A stretch of DNA of 61,490 nucleotides, filler included, from Asterionella formosa (Eukaryota): the NCBI GenBank assembly GCA_002256025.1. It is 19 parts of 19 records of this genome, joined end to end, with 100 filler letters (N's around TTAATTAATTAA, not from the genome) between each part and the next. Parts side by side here need not be neighbours in the genome. Positions count along the whole stretch, not along the records: positions 32,463 to 35,603 come from NKIB01014441.1; positions 35,704 to 38,844 come from NKIB01014442.1; positions 38,945 to 42,084 come from NKIB01014443.1; positions 42,185 to 45,320 come from NKIB01014444.1; positions 45,421 to 48,556 come from NKIB01014445.1; 14 more parts are not named here. The stretch is one strand, 5' to 3'. Numbering within the stretch: the first letter of the stretch is position 1; every line of letters starts with the position of its first letter. Made by a program: the position numbers and the translations under genes. Below, in pieces: positions 34,812 through 46,409 of the stretch. The notes beneath the pieces are model-generated. The model was given only the letters and a program-made list of their open reading frames with translations, made no database searches and was not told the DNA's origin.

Positions 34812-35966
34812 TGTACAATTAATTTATAATATAGATGCAGGTACAATAGTCCTGTCATGTGATGTGCTTACCGGTAATGCCAAACAAACTTGATGTGTTA
34901 AAAATTGTTTGTCAATCTTTTTATTTTTACCGGTAGTCATCAGTTCAGTTCTACCGGACAAAGTACCAGGATTCTGTGTACCTCCACCGGACGATCGTCC
35001 GGTATTTGAGAAAATGATCGAACTGTTGTTCATCAAGACGAACACGGTGAAGCTAGCGGTAAATATCTAGTACTAGCTTGCAGTAGCTCTCTACTGAAGG
35101 CTAATTTATTATAAATGGAATCCTGATTGAGCGAAAATGTGCCTTTTTGGTCAGTACAAGTGTGATTCATACGTGGCTGCAACTATAAATTATTTAGAAT
35201 TGCATCACCCAACATCACTCTAACGTATAACAAATGCCATTTCTGTGAGTACAAGTATGGGTACATTATAAATATCGTAATAACTACTACAATCTTTGCA
35301 TGCACATTCATTATCACATTTATTGCTCATTTGCACATTCTTGGTTGCATTCCTCTTCCCTTTGTGCTCACCATCATGATGCCAGATGTCCCTCTTCATC
35401 CTTATGACATTCCTTTACAGGAATTCAATGAGCAAATGATGATGGACAAGGGTACATGCTGGGCATATATTTCTGACAGTTTGGCCTCTTTTTGATGGTG
35501 TCTTGAACACAAACCAGGATGGCTTACAGCATATGCCCAGAACAAAGAGTGATTCTTCCCACCAAGATGGAGGCAGCAGGCATAGGTACAAGGGAAGAAA
35601 AAANNNNNNNNNNNNNNNNNNNNNNNNNNNNNNNNNNNNNNNNNNNNTTAATTAATTAANNNNNNNNNNNNNNNNNNNNNNNNNNNNNNNNNNNNNNNNN
35701 NNNTAGTGGAAGTAATTTGGTCATCATTGCTATTCTCGCAATGTTGACAGCTCACGATATCTGTCAAAGAATGGGCTCGCAAATACGACTTGTGGTCAAG
35801 CCAGTTAGGAGGGTGGACGTAGATCCACAAAAACAGAAACACTGATTGCGATTCACGATCAAAAAAATTATTCAAACCTACTACCGAGCTGACCTCGTAC
35901 TTTCTCCTTTATTCAATTGTGATCTATGATATTACATTAGATGAAATGATTGTTCTGCAGGCGCTC

Positions 35967-37985
35967 CTAGACCCCATCGTCCACTGCAATCAAGGCCTCG
36001 CTTACACTGGTAACATCGGAGGTGCGAATCTTGTGGATTTGATCGAAGACACCTTCGCGGATGAAACGAGCCTTGTGAGCCAAGAAACAAGCCACAAATA
36101 CTGCAGGCTGCAAGTGCAAAGAATCAACTTTTTTCTTCTTCTTTTCCTTGCTCTGCTCGCCGTCTGTTTGCTTTTGGAAAGTCTCTTGTCGAGCGACATG
36201 AAGAATCTGTTGAGTATCCATGTCAAAAGTACGCAAATTGACTTTTTTGTGATGCAAATAGAACAACATTCGCTGCATGTCAGCTTCGCCAGGACGATAA
36301 TGTCCCGAGTGCGGGTAGAGCCGAGTTAATGCGCCTGTCTCATCTGTCAGAAAGATTCCAGCAGCAGCCACGGCCTTTCCGGAAAAGAACGATGAATGAT
36401 GGAAACGTTGCTTCGACTGTCCCGTAACAGAGGTGATTTTTTGAGCGCCATAGACAGTATTATCGCGAAGAACAAATATCCACCCTTCCGGTCCAGTCTT
36501 CACGGGGTCACCGTCAACGTCTAAAACGATTCCGCGTCCTTCCTCGTTGGCAACGACAGTAAGCGAGTACTTTTGAGTTGTCTCGGGGTTAGAAATGTAA
36601 AGTACAGTATCGGAATCAAGCTGAGATCGAGGACATTCGGGTAGATTCGGCAACGGTTCTCCGGCGGCTTCACCCTTGGAATCCAGCCAATCAAAGAATT
36701 GATTCGTTGGAAAACCAAGTCGCTCCCAATAGCGATAGTATAAACGAAGATTCTTTCCGTAACGGTGGTACTTGTCACTGACTTCTAACCATGCCTTTCG
36801 GTGAAGCTGAGCATAGTTTCCACGCGAAATGCCCCGCTTCGTGATTTCTGGTGGGTTCGACGAGATTCCTATATAGACAAAGTCTTCGCTGTTGGTTTCT
36901 TCCGGTAGCTTGTGAAGAAAAGCATAACTTGATGAAAAGCATTTTTTCTTAAATGGCCAAACTGGTCGAGTTTTAGGTCTTCGTGCCCTGCAGGTATTTG
37001 CAACAATTTCATCGGTTTCAGTGAATGATTCATCCAGTAATGGATTTTCTGTTTTGCTAGGTTCCACAACTGACTGATGAGAAGCAAGCGACTTCGTTAA
37101 ATGCTTGCTGTCCATAGCAACTTTACATTTTGCAATTTCAAGGGGGGAGTGTTCATTGTGGTGAATCTCGTTATTGCTGTCTTCGTCGGAATCAGATTCT
37201 ACCTCTTCAATTATTGCTTGAGTTTCGTTCATTTTCGAAGGTGGGATCTCTCCCACAGCTTCGGCAAATTGAGCTGCTTCATTCAGTCGCCTGTCATAGC
37301 TTTTGCTATTCTTCATACCTTTTGATTTGATGGTAGTTTCCTCCTCCACTAATTCTATGTCAGACACTTCAGAAATAGTTGGCCTGAGGAATTCTTCGGA
37401 AATGGATGCTGGATATAAGTTAATAAAACAAGTTTCGTTGCGTTGGTCGCAAAATTCTAAATTTCCAGACCTTGGAACAATGTTTCCTGATAAGCATCGT
37501 AGGAACGTAACCTTTGCTGGTTCAGCATTCGAACCAGTATTTACTTCTGATAAACACTGTGGTAAAGTTAATTTTGTGCCATCTGCTGGAATCATGTTAC
37601 CAGCTACTTGCTCCTCATCCCCATGTTCGGATCGGAAAGAAGCCACTGAACTCTCTTGCTCATAAAGAGCATGAAGTCGCTCGTCGGGCTTGAATCGAAA
37701 GATCTCAGGCGTTGTTGTTGATGATGCGGCAATGCCTACGTCACCAGAAGCTAGCGGAGACAATCCTGTCGGAGAAGCATAATTGATTGGAGCGAACAGT
37801 GGAGTATCACCAGTGGAACATGAATCTCTAACTCCTCTTTCAAGAATCGCTGCATCTTCCTCTTTCATTAATAGAGCGCCTTCCGCCATTGTCGATGCGA
37901 TAGAAGTAGTCTTTCTCATCTTGGATTGCGAACCTGATATCGATATATCTTCACCTACATCAATATCAGGTGAGGGGGGTGCCAT
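35967..37985 (-). CDS. IQM-like protein (plant IQM / fungal IQ-domain family core)
   Basis: WLE..D..HRYG.NL..YY..W, FF.WLD, CPR..L....V.Y, WIFV, FHHSSF..G..V.AAG and PHSGHYRP. Long low-complexity N-terminus. Confidence 0.85.
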   Translation of the reverse strand: MAPPSPDIDVGEDISISGSQSKMRKTTSIASTMAEGALLMKEEDAAILERGVRDSCSTGDTPLFAPINYASPTGLSPLASGDVGIAASSTTTPEIFRFKPDERLHALYEQESSVASFRSEHGDEEQVAGNMIPADGTKLTLPQCLSEVNTGSNAEPAKVTFLRCLSGNIVPRSGNLEFCDQRNETCFINLYPASISEEFLRPTISEVSDIELVEEETTIKSKGMKNSKSYDRRLNEAAQFAEAVGEIPPSKMNETQAIIEEVESDSDEDSNNEIHHNEHSPLEIAKCKVAMDSKHLTKSLASHQSVVEPSKTENPLLDESFTETDEIVANTCRARRPKTRPVWPFKKKCFSSSYAFLHKLPEETNSEDFVYIGISSNPPEITKRGISRGNYAQLHRKAWLEVSDKYHRYGKNLRLYYRYWERLGFPTNQFFDWLDSKGEAAGEPLPNLPECPRSQLDSDTVLYISNPETTQKYSLTVVANEEGRGIVLDVDGDPVKTGPEGWIFVLRDNTVYGAQKITSVTGQSKQRFHHSSFFSGKAVAAAGIFLTDETGALTRLYPHSGHYRPGEADMQRMLFYLHHKKVNLRTFDMDTQQILHVARQETFQKQTDGEQSKEKKKKKVDSLHLQPAVFVACFLAHKARFIREGVFDQIHKIRTSDVTSVSEALIAVDDGV

Positions 37986-38944
37986 TGTGAGACTAAAAAG
38001 GAATCAAGTTTGAATCAACACGCCCTGACGAATGCTATGCTTGTTATGTATGGTTGAATCATTTTACCACCTTCATGCCGGTACTGGTAGTTTAACTGGG
38101 AAATCGATCGTGACATGCATTTTTTTTGTTTTGCTGATGTTACATACCAGGAAGTAGACGGTACCTGGGACCCTGGTACTCCCCAGGTCGTAAAAGGTAC
38201 CTGGTACCGGTACCTTCCTTCTTTGTCAAGAATCTCGTCGACCGAGAGTAGAAACAAAGGTACCGGTATAACAGTGTAAAAAATGAATATATACAGAATC
38301 GTATAAATAATTGTATCGATTTTGCGAAAAATTTAATTATACCTTAGCACTCGACAAAATTTAGGAATCTTGTCGATAATAAGAATCTGGCGCCGAGAGA
38401 ATTTGAATCTTGTCCTGCAGAACGAAACGTCGGAATTTGAAGCATCGCTCATCGACAAGAATCAAGAACAAGGAAGGCAAATACCGTTTCATACGATGGC
38501 ATTATGACAATTATTCCTCATCCTCCGCCTCAATCAAGAGCATCCCGGTGGTACCAGGCACCAGGTACGGTACCAGGTACCAGATGCCAGATGCCAGGTA
38601 CGGTACATGGTAGATGGTGGTGGTATTATACTGGTACCATGTACTACAGGATAACGAATATTATCATTTGTAATGATTTGAATGTACAAACAACGTTATA
38701 GTACCGGTCATAGGCTACTCTGGTACCTTATGCCTGCTACGGTGGTACGAATAGTGGCGGACAATCATTAAATTACGTACTTCAGGTACACACTTCTGCT
38801 GCATTGCAACAGCAGGTACACTTGCAGCAATGCAAAATTTTCCANNNNNNNNNNNNNNNNNNNNNNNNNNNNNNNNNNNNNNNNNNNNTTAATTAATTAA
38901 NNNNNNNNNNNNNNNNNNNNNNNNNNNNNNNNNNNNNNNNNNNN

Positions 38945-40212
38945 CTAATATATTATTTGATGTACCCGAAATCAAAGGCTTCTTGTCGAATGTCGATATG
39001 CTCAGAACGAACGTATATTGTCCAAAGGAGGCATCAGGATGTGTAAATTTTAGGACCACTGCTTTAACAACTAAACTTCCAATTCATCTTTCTCTACCAA
39101 TTCATTGTCAATTTCTATCTAGCATAGTATTCGATTTATACGAGATATCAATGCCGATATTTCGAATGTCGATATGCTCGCTCAGAACGAACATACATTG
39201 ATCAAATTGCTCATCAGGATGGTGTGTAAATTTTCGGTACTTGTGGCTTGATCATTAGTGCAGTAGCAACAAAAATTCCAAACAACCCTTCTCAACCAAT
39301 TTAAGGCAGATTTCTATCTAGCATAGTATTTGATGTACACAAAATCAATGCAGTCGTGTCGAATGTTCATATGCTCAGAACGAACGTATATTGATCAAAG
39401 GAGGCCTCCGGATGTGTAAATTTTCGGATGCTTGTGGACTGATCATCAGTGCTGTGGCAACAAGAATTCCAAACCATCTTCCTCCACCAATTTAATTCTA
39501 ATTTTTATCAATCATAGTATTCGATGAACACGACATCAATGACGTCATAATGAATGTCGATATACTAAGAACGAACATATTTTGATCAAATGGTTCATCA
39601 GGATGTGAAATAAAATTTTCAAAACATCTTTCTCCACCAATATAAGGCCGATTTATATCCAGCATAGTATTCTATGTACACGAGATCAGTGCCGTCATTT
39701 CGAATATCGATATTATCTGAACGAACATATATTGATCAAATTGGTCATCAAGATGTGTAAAATTTCGGTTCTTGTTGACTGCTGCATGACCAGTATCCCA
39801 AACCATCTTTCTCCACCAATTTAAGACCGATTTCTATCAAGCAAAGTTTTCAATGTACACGAGATCAAAGTCGTCATGAACAATGTCGATATTCTCAGAA
39901 CGACTATATATTGGCTGATCAATGGAGGCATCAGGATGAGTAAAATTTTCGGATGCTTGTGGACTGATCATCAGTGCTGTGGCAACAAGAATTCCAAACC
40001 TCCTTTCTCCACCAATGTAAGGCCGATTTCTATCCAGCATAGTATTCGATGTACACGAGAGCATTGCCGGCATTTCGAATATCGATAATCTCAGAATGAA
40101 CATATATTGATTCAATTGGTCATCAGGATATGAAATAAATATTCGTTTCTTGTGGACTGATCATAAGTACTGTGGCAACAAAACTTCCATACCTCCTTTC
40201 TCCACCAATTTA
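38945..40212. repeat. Tandem array A: about 7 diverged units of about 150-200 bp
   Basis: Anchor AGCATAGTATTCGATGTACACGAG recurs near 38945, 39121, 39320, 39511, 39661, 39840 and 40036. Units end TCTCCACCAATTTA. Confidence 0.93.
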
Positions 40213-40729
40213 CAGCTGCTCATCTTTTCCTTCTTTTTCTATATTGTACTTGCTAGAGTTATCGCTGTAGACTTTTTGTAGCTGCTCCGAAACGGAGAAG
40301 GCCATTGCGGCACATCTCAATTTTGACTCACTACGGCGACATGCAAGGTTAAAATATGCAACAGCTGTTTCTTAACGATTTTACGAATTCAATTGTTGTC
40401 AGCTACTCATCCTCTGCTTCTTTTTCTATATTGTACTTGCTAGAGTTATCGCTGTTGACTATTTGTAGCCGATCCGAAAAGGAGACGGCCATTGCGGCAC
40501 ATCTCAATTTTGACTCACTATCATGGCAACATGCATTGAATATTTAAAAAATGCAACTGCTGTTTCTTAACGAATTTACGAATTCAATTGTTGTCAGCTA
40601 CTCATCCTCTGGTTCTTTTTCTATATTGTACTTGCTAGAGTTATCGCTGTAGACTATTTGTAGCTGCTCCGAAACGGAGAAGGCCATTGTGGCACATCTC
40701 AATTTCGATTCACTACGGAGACATGCAAT
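40213..40729. repeat. Tandem array B: about 2.7 units of about 190 bp
   Basis: CAGCT.CTCATC...TATATTGTACTTGCTAGAGTTATCGCTGT...GGCACATCTCAA at about 40213, 40400 and 40595. Confidence 0.93.
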
Positions 40730-41079
40730 GCTCAACGATGCTCAACGAGTACCAACGGTGCTTTATTTCCAATCTGGCAGGCTATTGTAATCTCTACAAT
40801 CAACAATGACTTGATAATGTGTCTACAACATCAACTACTACTACGTGTGCTGAATTCTACTGTGTGAATCTTCCTCTTGCATGTGTTATTCTTTGCCAGT
40901 TCAGATCAAAGAAATATGTCGGAGCGGAAAAAATAATAAGTGAATCGGAATTGGCGACTCTTTCGTTCATTATATGTTGAAAGCAGCATAATATTGCGGC
41001 AGAGCAGCATAATTTCGCTTTTAAACTGTTGCGATGGCTAGTTGGTCAACATATATTGTCACGAACACACATAATTATT

Positions 41080-41273
41080 GGCGTGATCACATAATTATTC
41101 GATAAGTGAAATAAATTTTTGTTTAACCCGAATAAATTAGGGAAAAAGTAGCATAATATTTCAAAAAAGTAACATAATATTTTAGAAAAGTAACAAAATA
41201 TTTTTAAAAAGTAGCATAAATACGTCACTTTAGACATAAATTCGAAAAAGTGCCGTAAACGGCGTCTTAGATG
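41080..41273. repeat. Subterminal 20-bp repeats and putative DNA-transposon terminus
   Basis: AAAAGTA(G/A)CA(T/A)AA repeated four times at about 20-bp period (41143-41220), ending in CGTAAACGGCGTCTTAGATG, similar to 45979-45998. Confidence 0.5.
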
Positions 41274-41692
41274 TTAGTAGGGATGAGGGCGATATTGCAG
41301 TGGTGTTGATAGGCACAAGCATTTAATGTGGCTCAATGCATTTGTGTGTGATCGTGATATAAATATTGGATGCGAAAATTCTTATAAATAATTTTGCGAA
41401 AACCAAACAGGGTAATCCGTGATCACAATGGTATATAAAATTATATACAATTATATATAAAAATTTAAGTACTGCTGTGACCCATTACCAGCAAATTTTG
41501 TCCACATAAAATGGTTCGTATCTCAGTACCTCGACCTTCAATGAGAATACCGACTGATCCGCAACCTGCTGACTCCTTTGGTTAACAAGACCTGGAAGTT
41601 TGATTCTCGCAAGGCATGGAATAGGTTTAGTCGAACTAATCAAACGAATAGGAGAACTCAGTGGGTCACAGCAGTTCTTTACTGGTACCAGG

Positions 41693-42084
41693 TGAAGTAT
41701 CTAACTAGAAGTAGTAGTATTTGTTGAATATATGAGCTTATTTGTTAATCCTTGTGTGTAACTCGTTCTCCAAGTCGACACCAAAGTATACAATGAGGGT
41801 AAGTCGAGTTCTCTCATTATTGAGTTCTTATTCATATATGATATAACACTAACCCTATATACATCTGTATTGATGCGCAAGATCGCTCACTCTCCCACAC
41901 CAAGGGAAAACCTTTTACCTTTGAAAAGGTTTGATGTAATGGATATTAATTCGTTCCGTAGTATGCATAGTTTGTTGAAAAGTAACTGTACCATTGGCAT
42001 ATACTTGAATAAATAGAATAAGGACCTCGTCCATGGTTATCCAAGGTAGTAGGATTATCCAATAGGATTAAAACCTCATCAACA
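41693..42084 (-). mobile_element. Ty3/Gypsy 3' end: integrase GPY/F tail, PPT and 197-bp 3' LTR (41693-41889)
   Basis: Minus strand reads DEVLILLDNP..L....RGPYSI/IQVYANGTVT......ERINIHYIKPFQR-stop, then GTGGGAGAG and an LTR TGAGCG...ACTTCA that is 194/197 identical to 61022-61218. Confidence 0.9.
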
Positions 42085-42837
42085 NNNNNNNNNNNNNNNN
42101 NNNNNNNNNNNNNNNNNNNNNNNNNNNNTTAATTAATTAANNNNNNNNNNNNNNNNNNNNNNNNNNNNNNNNNNNNNNNNNNNNTACGTGTAATTGTCAA
42201 TCTGTTGCGTCATTCAGCTGAATTTTTTTATTCAGCTGAAATGATATGAGCACTCAAAATCTGGTGAGTAATTTTGTTCTTTAAAATAAATTAGCTTTAA
42301 GTAAATATATTTCTGACGCAGGCCTCATGATTCCTCCTAACTAATTTTTGGGTAATTTTTATTTCACCCAAAACCTCTTTTCTCTATCAAAACTTAGATT
42401 TAATTAGATAGCAGCAGGACAAGCAAGTGATAGCAATCTCTCCTGTCAAATGCTTACCTGTAGCCATGTGTACCTACCTACTTGCAGTGAATCTTCAATA
42501 GAAGTCAATGCACAACTAAATCTATTGATTGCTCACAGCCCTTCATCTTGTACATGTATACCGGAAAAGCTCCTCTGATTTGAGATGAATTCTTCAAAGA
42601 AGAGAAGAAGAATCGCAATGAAGACAGTAGTGATGAAGAGTATGTGGTGAGTGAATTCTCATACGTTTCTACACCATCTTCATCCAATGATCATGGCAAT
42701 GCCACTGTCAGTATTGGTGATGCACAGAGAATGAGAGAATCCTTTCACACGTATTTCAATGCTGTAGCTTGCCCTTTTGGTTTTTTCAATGAAAATGCGG
42801 GATCAGGCACGACTCCAGTCAATGCAGAAACCGCGTC

Positions 42838-43200
42838 TGTAAATAATAAAACCGTTAGGCCTAACAGTTTTGCTGTACTAAGACCCACTGCCCCAAAAAT
42901 TCTCAGTATGACGTATCATTTTTTAATTGATCATAAAAAAACTGATTGATCATACAGATATATTGATTGATCATACAGAAATACTGATTGATCATACAAA
43001 AAAATGATTGATATCAACTAACGTTTTGGTGTTTGATCTAAAGATAGTAATCATGAGATCAAATCAGTTATTCTTTTGGTCTAACCTTTGGAATGCTAAT
43101 ATCAAAAAGAATTTTTAGCGTTCGATCTAACGTTCATTACTACTGATCTAACTTATTTCTCTCATTGATCAAACCTATTATCATGTTCGATCAATGATGA
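42838..43200. repeat. Dispersed repeat with TGATCA-rich subrepeats; homologous (inverted) to 58765-58900
   Basis: TGTAAATA...CGTTAG.CCTAACAGTTTTG...CCACTG.CCCAAAA...CAGTATGA...TTGATCATA is shared by both. TTGATCATAC is reiterated at 42927-42998. Confidence 0.75.
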
Positions 43201-44446
43201 ACACAAATCGAATTAAATGGATTGCTATTTAATACTCAAATATTCTACTTCTGGTCACCCATACTTTCCACTGTGTATCCTCTATCAGAATGAGCACACA
43301 GTGGTCTTCAATACCTTAATTTTCACTTCCGGTAGCTATGTTTAGGTCATTGCCTCTTCAAAATGAAATGAGAGAGTAAACAAAATTGATGATGCTTTGT
43401 TCTTATTCGAACCTCTACCATTGCGAATGGCAGCAAGTCACATTCTCCAATCTTCTTGTATGACTTTCCTGTAAGAGATAATAACAACAATGTTAGCAAA
43501 ACTAGCTGTTGCATCAAGTAAGCAAGGCATCTAAACGAAGATATGTGCAACAAAACGATCACAGGAACAATCCATCACTCCAATTTCCGTATGAGCTGGC
43601 AATGTGCATATAATTTACCTGTGCTCTCATGGTTGATTGTTGCTTCCATTAAAAATGGTAGCAAGCCACATTCTCCAAGGTTCCTGTATGATCTTGAGGA
43701 GATAATATCAATGTTAGCAAAAGTGTTACAACGATTAAAGCATCTCCAGCCACACATGGCTGTGCCACAAACTGATGACATAAACAATCTTTATAGTAAC
43801 TTCACGTCGTTCCAATCGACATAACGAGCATCAAATGAGAGTATAGTAACTTACCTATGCTCTCATTGTTGATTGATTGGTGACAGGTAGCGTTGTTAAC
43901 CCTCACATCTGCATATATGGAAGGGAAAGATGTTATTAATGTCGAAATCCAAATTATTGGACACAGACACTACAAACCCTATGCAGCATTGTGCACAAAG
44001 ATATTAAGTGCGGTTTCTTACCTCGTAATTAGGTTGATTTTTATCGTTGGTCCTGAGGAAGTGTAGAAACTTTGAGTGGTAGCAGCGCACACAAACAGCG
44101 ATACAATTTTATAGTTTGCTTCCGGTCTCACATGGTACCGATAATAAGCCCCTTGGTAGCCACAGTTGAGAAGCAAAATAATCATATAACTTACCTATTC
44201 TCACAGGTTGGCTTGATACCGGTAGAAGGCTCTCTATCACCATTCCCTCATCAGTTTGTTATGTGGAATAGAATGCACTACCGGCATGAAATTTTAACAA
44301 TATCTCAACATTTCCTCTTCTTCAAAAAGTGTGTATAACATACATCTCTGTATGTCTAGTAACTTTTTCGAAGGAACATTTAATACCCTACCAGTATGTA
44401 TGATTAGATAAAATATACAAGACTTAACAGGAATTCGAATACCCGG

Positions 44447-44615
44447 TACTGTGAAACTGTACATATTACTACGCTGGTACTGTGAAACTGTAGGTTTTCC
44501 CTACCAGCATTCCCTTCTTCCCCTTGTCTTAATACCCGGTTGGAACATGACGTGGCTACTGTGAAACTGTACCTATTACTAAGCTGGTACTATGAAACTG
44601 TAGCTTTGCGCTACC
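44447..44615. repeat. Nested direct repeat (four copies of TACT(G/A)TGAAACTGTA)
   Basis: Copies at 44447, 44478, 44557 and 44588 (periods 31, 79, 31). Confidence 0.85.
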
Positions 44616-44761
44616 AATCTAATGTCTATTACTGAGTATGTCGGTGCTGCATCGCTTCCGATCCAGCACTTGCCCACTGTATAATCCTATAGTTGACAGA
44701 CCATTATCCCTTTCTGCTTCCTTGTTCTGTTACAGTCACGTTTTTCTTGACAACTTGACAT

Positions 44762-45265
44762 TTGGACGCTATCAATAGTGCCATGTATCACTTGTTATCT
44801 GGAATGGCAAATGTTTCGAGTGCTAGTACAAGGAATGGAACGATCTTGGTTGTGAAGGGGATACCGATCGCAGATTTTTCAATCAGGAAAAACGTATTTC
44901 TATGGCGTATTTCATGTCTGTTCAAGAAACAACGGAAGAGTAAGGAACGACTCATACTGGTTAGATATTTTGATCACAATGACAAAGGCAAGGAGAAAAG
45001 ACTAGATGACAGTGTCCTGGATTTTGTTCTCAACAAATTCTATGTGGTCCTAGAGTCTGGCTTGTTTAACAAAACATCATTTGAAACTTCAAGGAAATTT
45101 CGGAATCATGTAGGACCAGCGATGATTTTATGGAATACTCAGCACTTTCCTCGAGATTTTAGACTACATCAGAAAGACAACAATATGCCACCAAATGCAC
45201 CCATGAACTACATCTATACTGGCGAACATGTCCTGTTTCAATATTTCCAACTCCTTACTGGATAA
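44762..45265 (+). CDS. Hypothetical ORF or exon, no recognisable domain
   Basis: 167 open codons in AT-rich repeat-derived DNA, preceded by a pyrimidine tract and TTACAG at 44730-44736. Confidence 0.25.
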   Translation: MDAINSAMYHLLSGMANVSSASTRNGTILVVKGIPIADFSIRKNVFLWRISCLFKKQRKSKERLILVRYFDHNDKGKEKRLDDSVLDFVLNKFYVVLESGLFNKTSFETSRKFRNHVGPAMILWNTQHFPRDFRLHQKDNNMPPNAPMNYIYTGEHVLFQYFQLLTG

Positions 45266-45654
45266 ATGGGACAAATCACTTTCCTCCTCGACCTGTTCTT
45301 TATTTACTTTCCCAATCACTNNNNNNNNNNNNNNNNNNNNNNNNNNNNNNNNNNNNNNNNNNNNTTAATTAATTAANNNNNNNNNNNNNNNNNNNNNNNN
45401 NNNNNNNNNNNNNNNNNNNNTGTTGCAACTTCGTAGAATGATGCCTGTTCAAGAGTGAATAATTTCCCCCTTCTGAATGAATGGCTTCTCCTTGTCTTGC
45501 AATGTCCTTACAGATGTCTCATAATGCCTGCCTTCTCAAGACTGAAGATTCCATTCTGATAGAACAGCTTTGTTTGATTGCATATCGAGATTTGTTTCCC
45601 ATGTAATGTGAAATACCGGTTGTTGAATTAGTAATCAACATTTTTTGATAGTAC

Positions 45655-45998
45655 TTTTAAATTACGTAAAAAAATTTAATAAATTACGTGAACTATATTA
45701 TAGAATTACGTGAACAAAAATTTAAGGCAATGTGAACTGAATTACAGAATTAATTGAAGTATTTCAAATAATTATGCGAAGTATTTCAAATAATTATGTG
45801 ACGGTGATCACGTAATATAGTGATGATCAGGAATGCATGCATGATACTCTGATCAAATAATGAACGTGATGTATTCAGATAATATATAGGTATATTCAAG
45901 TAAGCATTTTGATGTATTCAACTAATTCATGTGATCCATTCAAAATCAACTAGGCTTATTTACGTGATGGTCACTTCACGTAATACGCGGCTTAGATG
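45655..45998. repeat. Short AATTA(C/T)GTGA-type repeats ending in a putative transposon terminus
   Basis: Reiterated AATTACGTGAA and GAAGTATTTCAAATAATTATG, ending CGTAATACGCGGCTTAGATG. Confidence 0.5.
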
Positions 45999-46409
45999 GA
46001 TATGAACTATGTTGACGCAATATCTTGTTTAATTCACTCCATGCAAAGCATGAATTACCTTTGCCTTTCATCTTGCTAGTGGGCTTGTGATAACATGCTT
46101 CAATAATATGCCCCCTAAATAGGTTGTGCCTTCCTTTGACTAAGAAAACAGCAGGTGAAATTCATAAATAAATAGTGCAGGAAACCAACATCAATTGTGA
46201 TGGCCATGATGCCCCTCTTGAGCTTCATAGCATAATTTGAGTCAATCGTTCGGGGCCGAACTAGGATTTTCTTGGCCATGGCCTACGCAGTACTCAAAAC
46301 AAATAAGATTTGCATTCAAAAGGTTTCACAAAATAACATTAAAATACCTTCCATTAATAATAAACAAAAAGAGTGGCTCATTCTAGTATCGTCTAAATAC
46401 CAAATGACC

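Noticed and set aside
38945..40729. Arrays read as CRISPR or as an intact repeat-protein gene
   Set aside because: Whole units are homologous with no unique spacers, and indels and stops break all frames.
44447..44615. CRISPR-like repeat-spacer pattern
   Set aside because: The repeats are only about 15 nt, the intervening sequences are themselves duplicated, there are no cas genes, and the context is eukaryotic.
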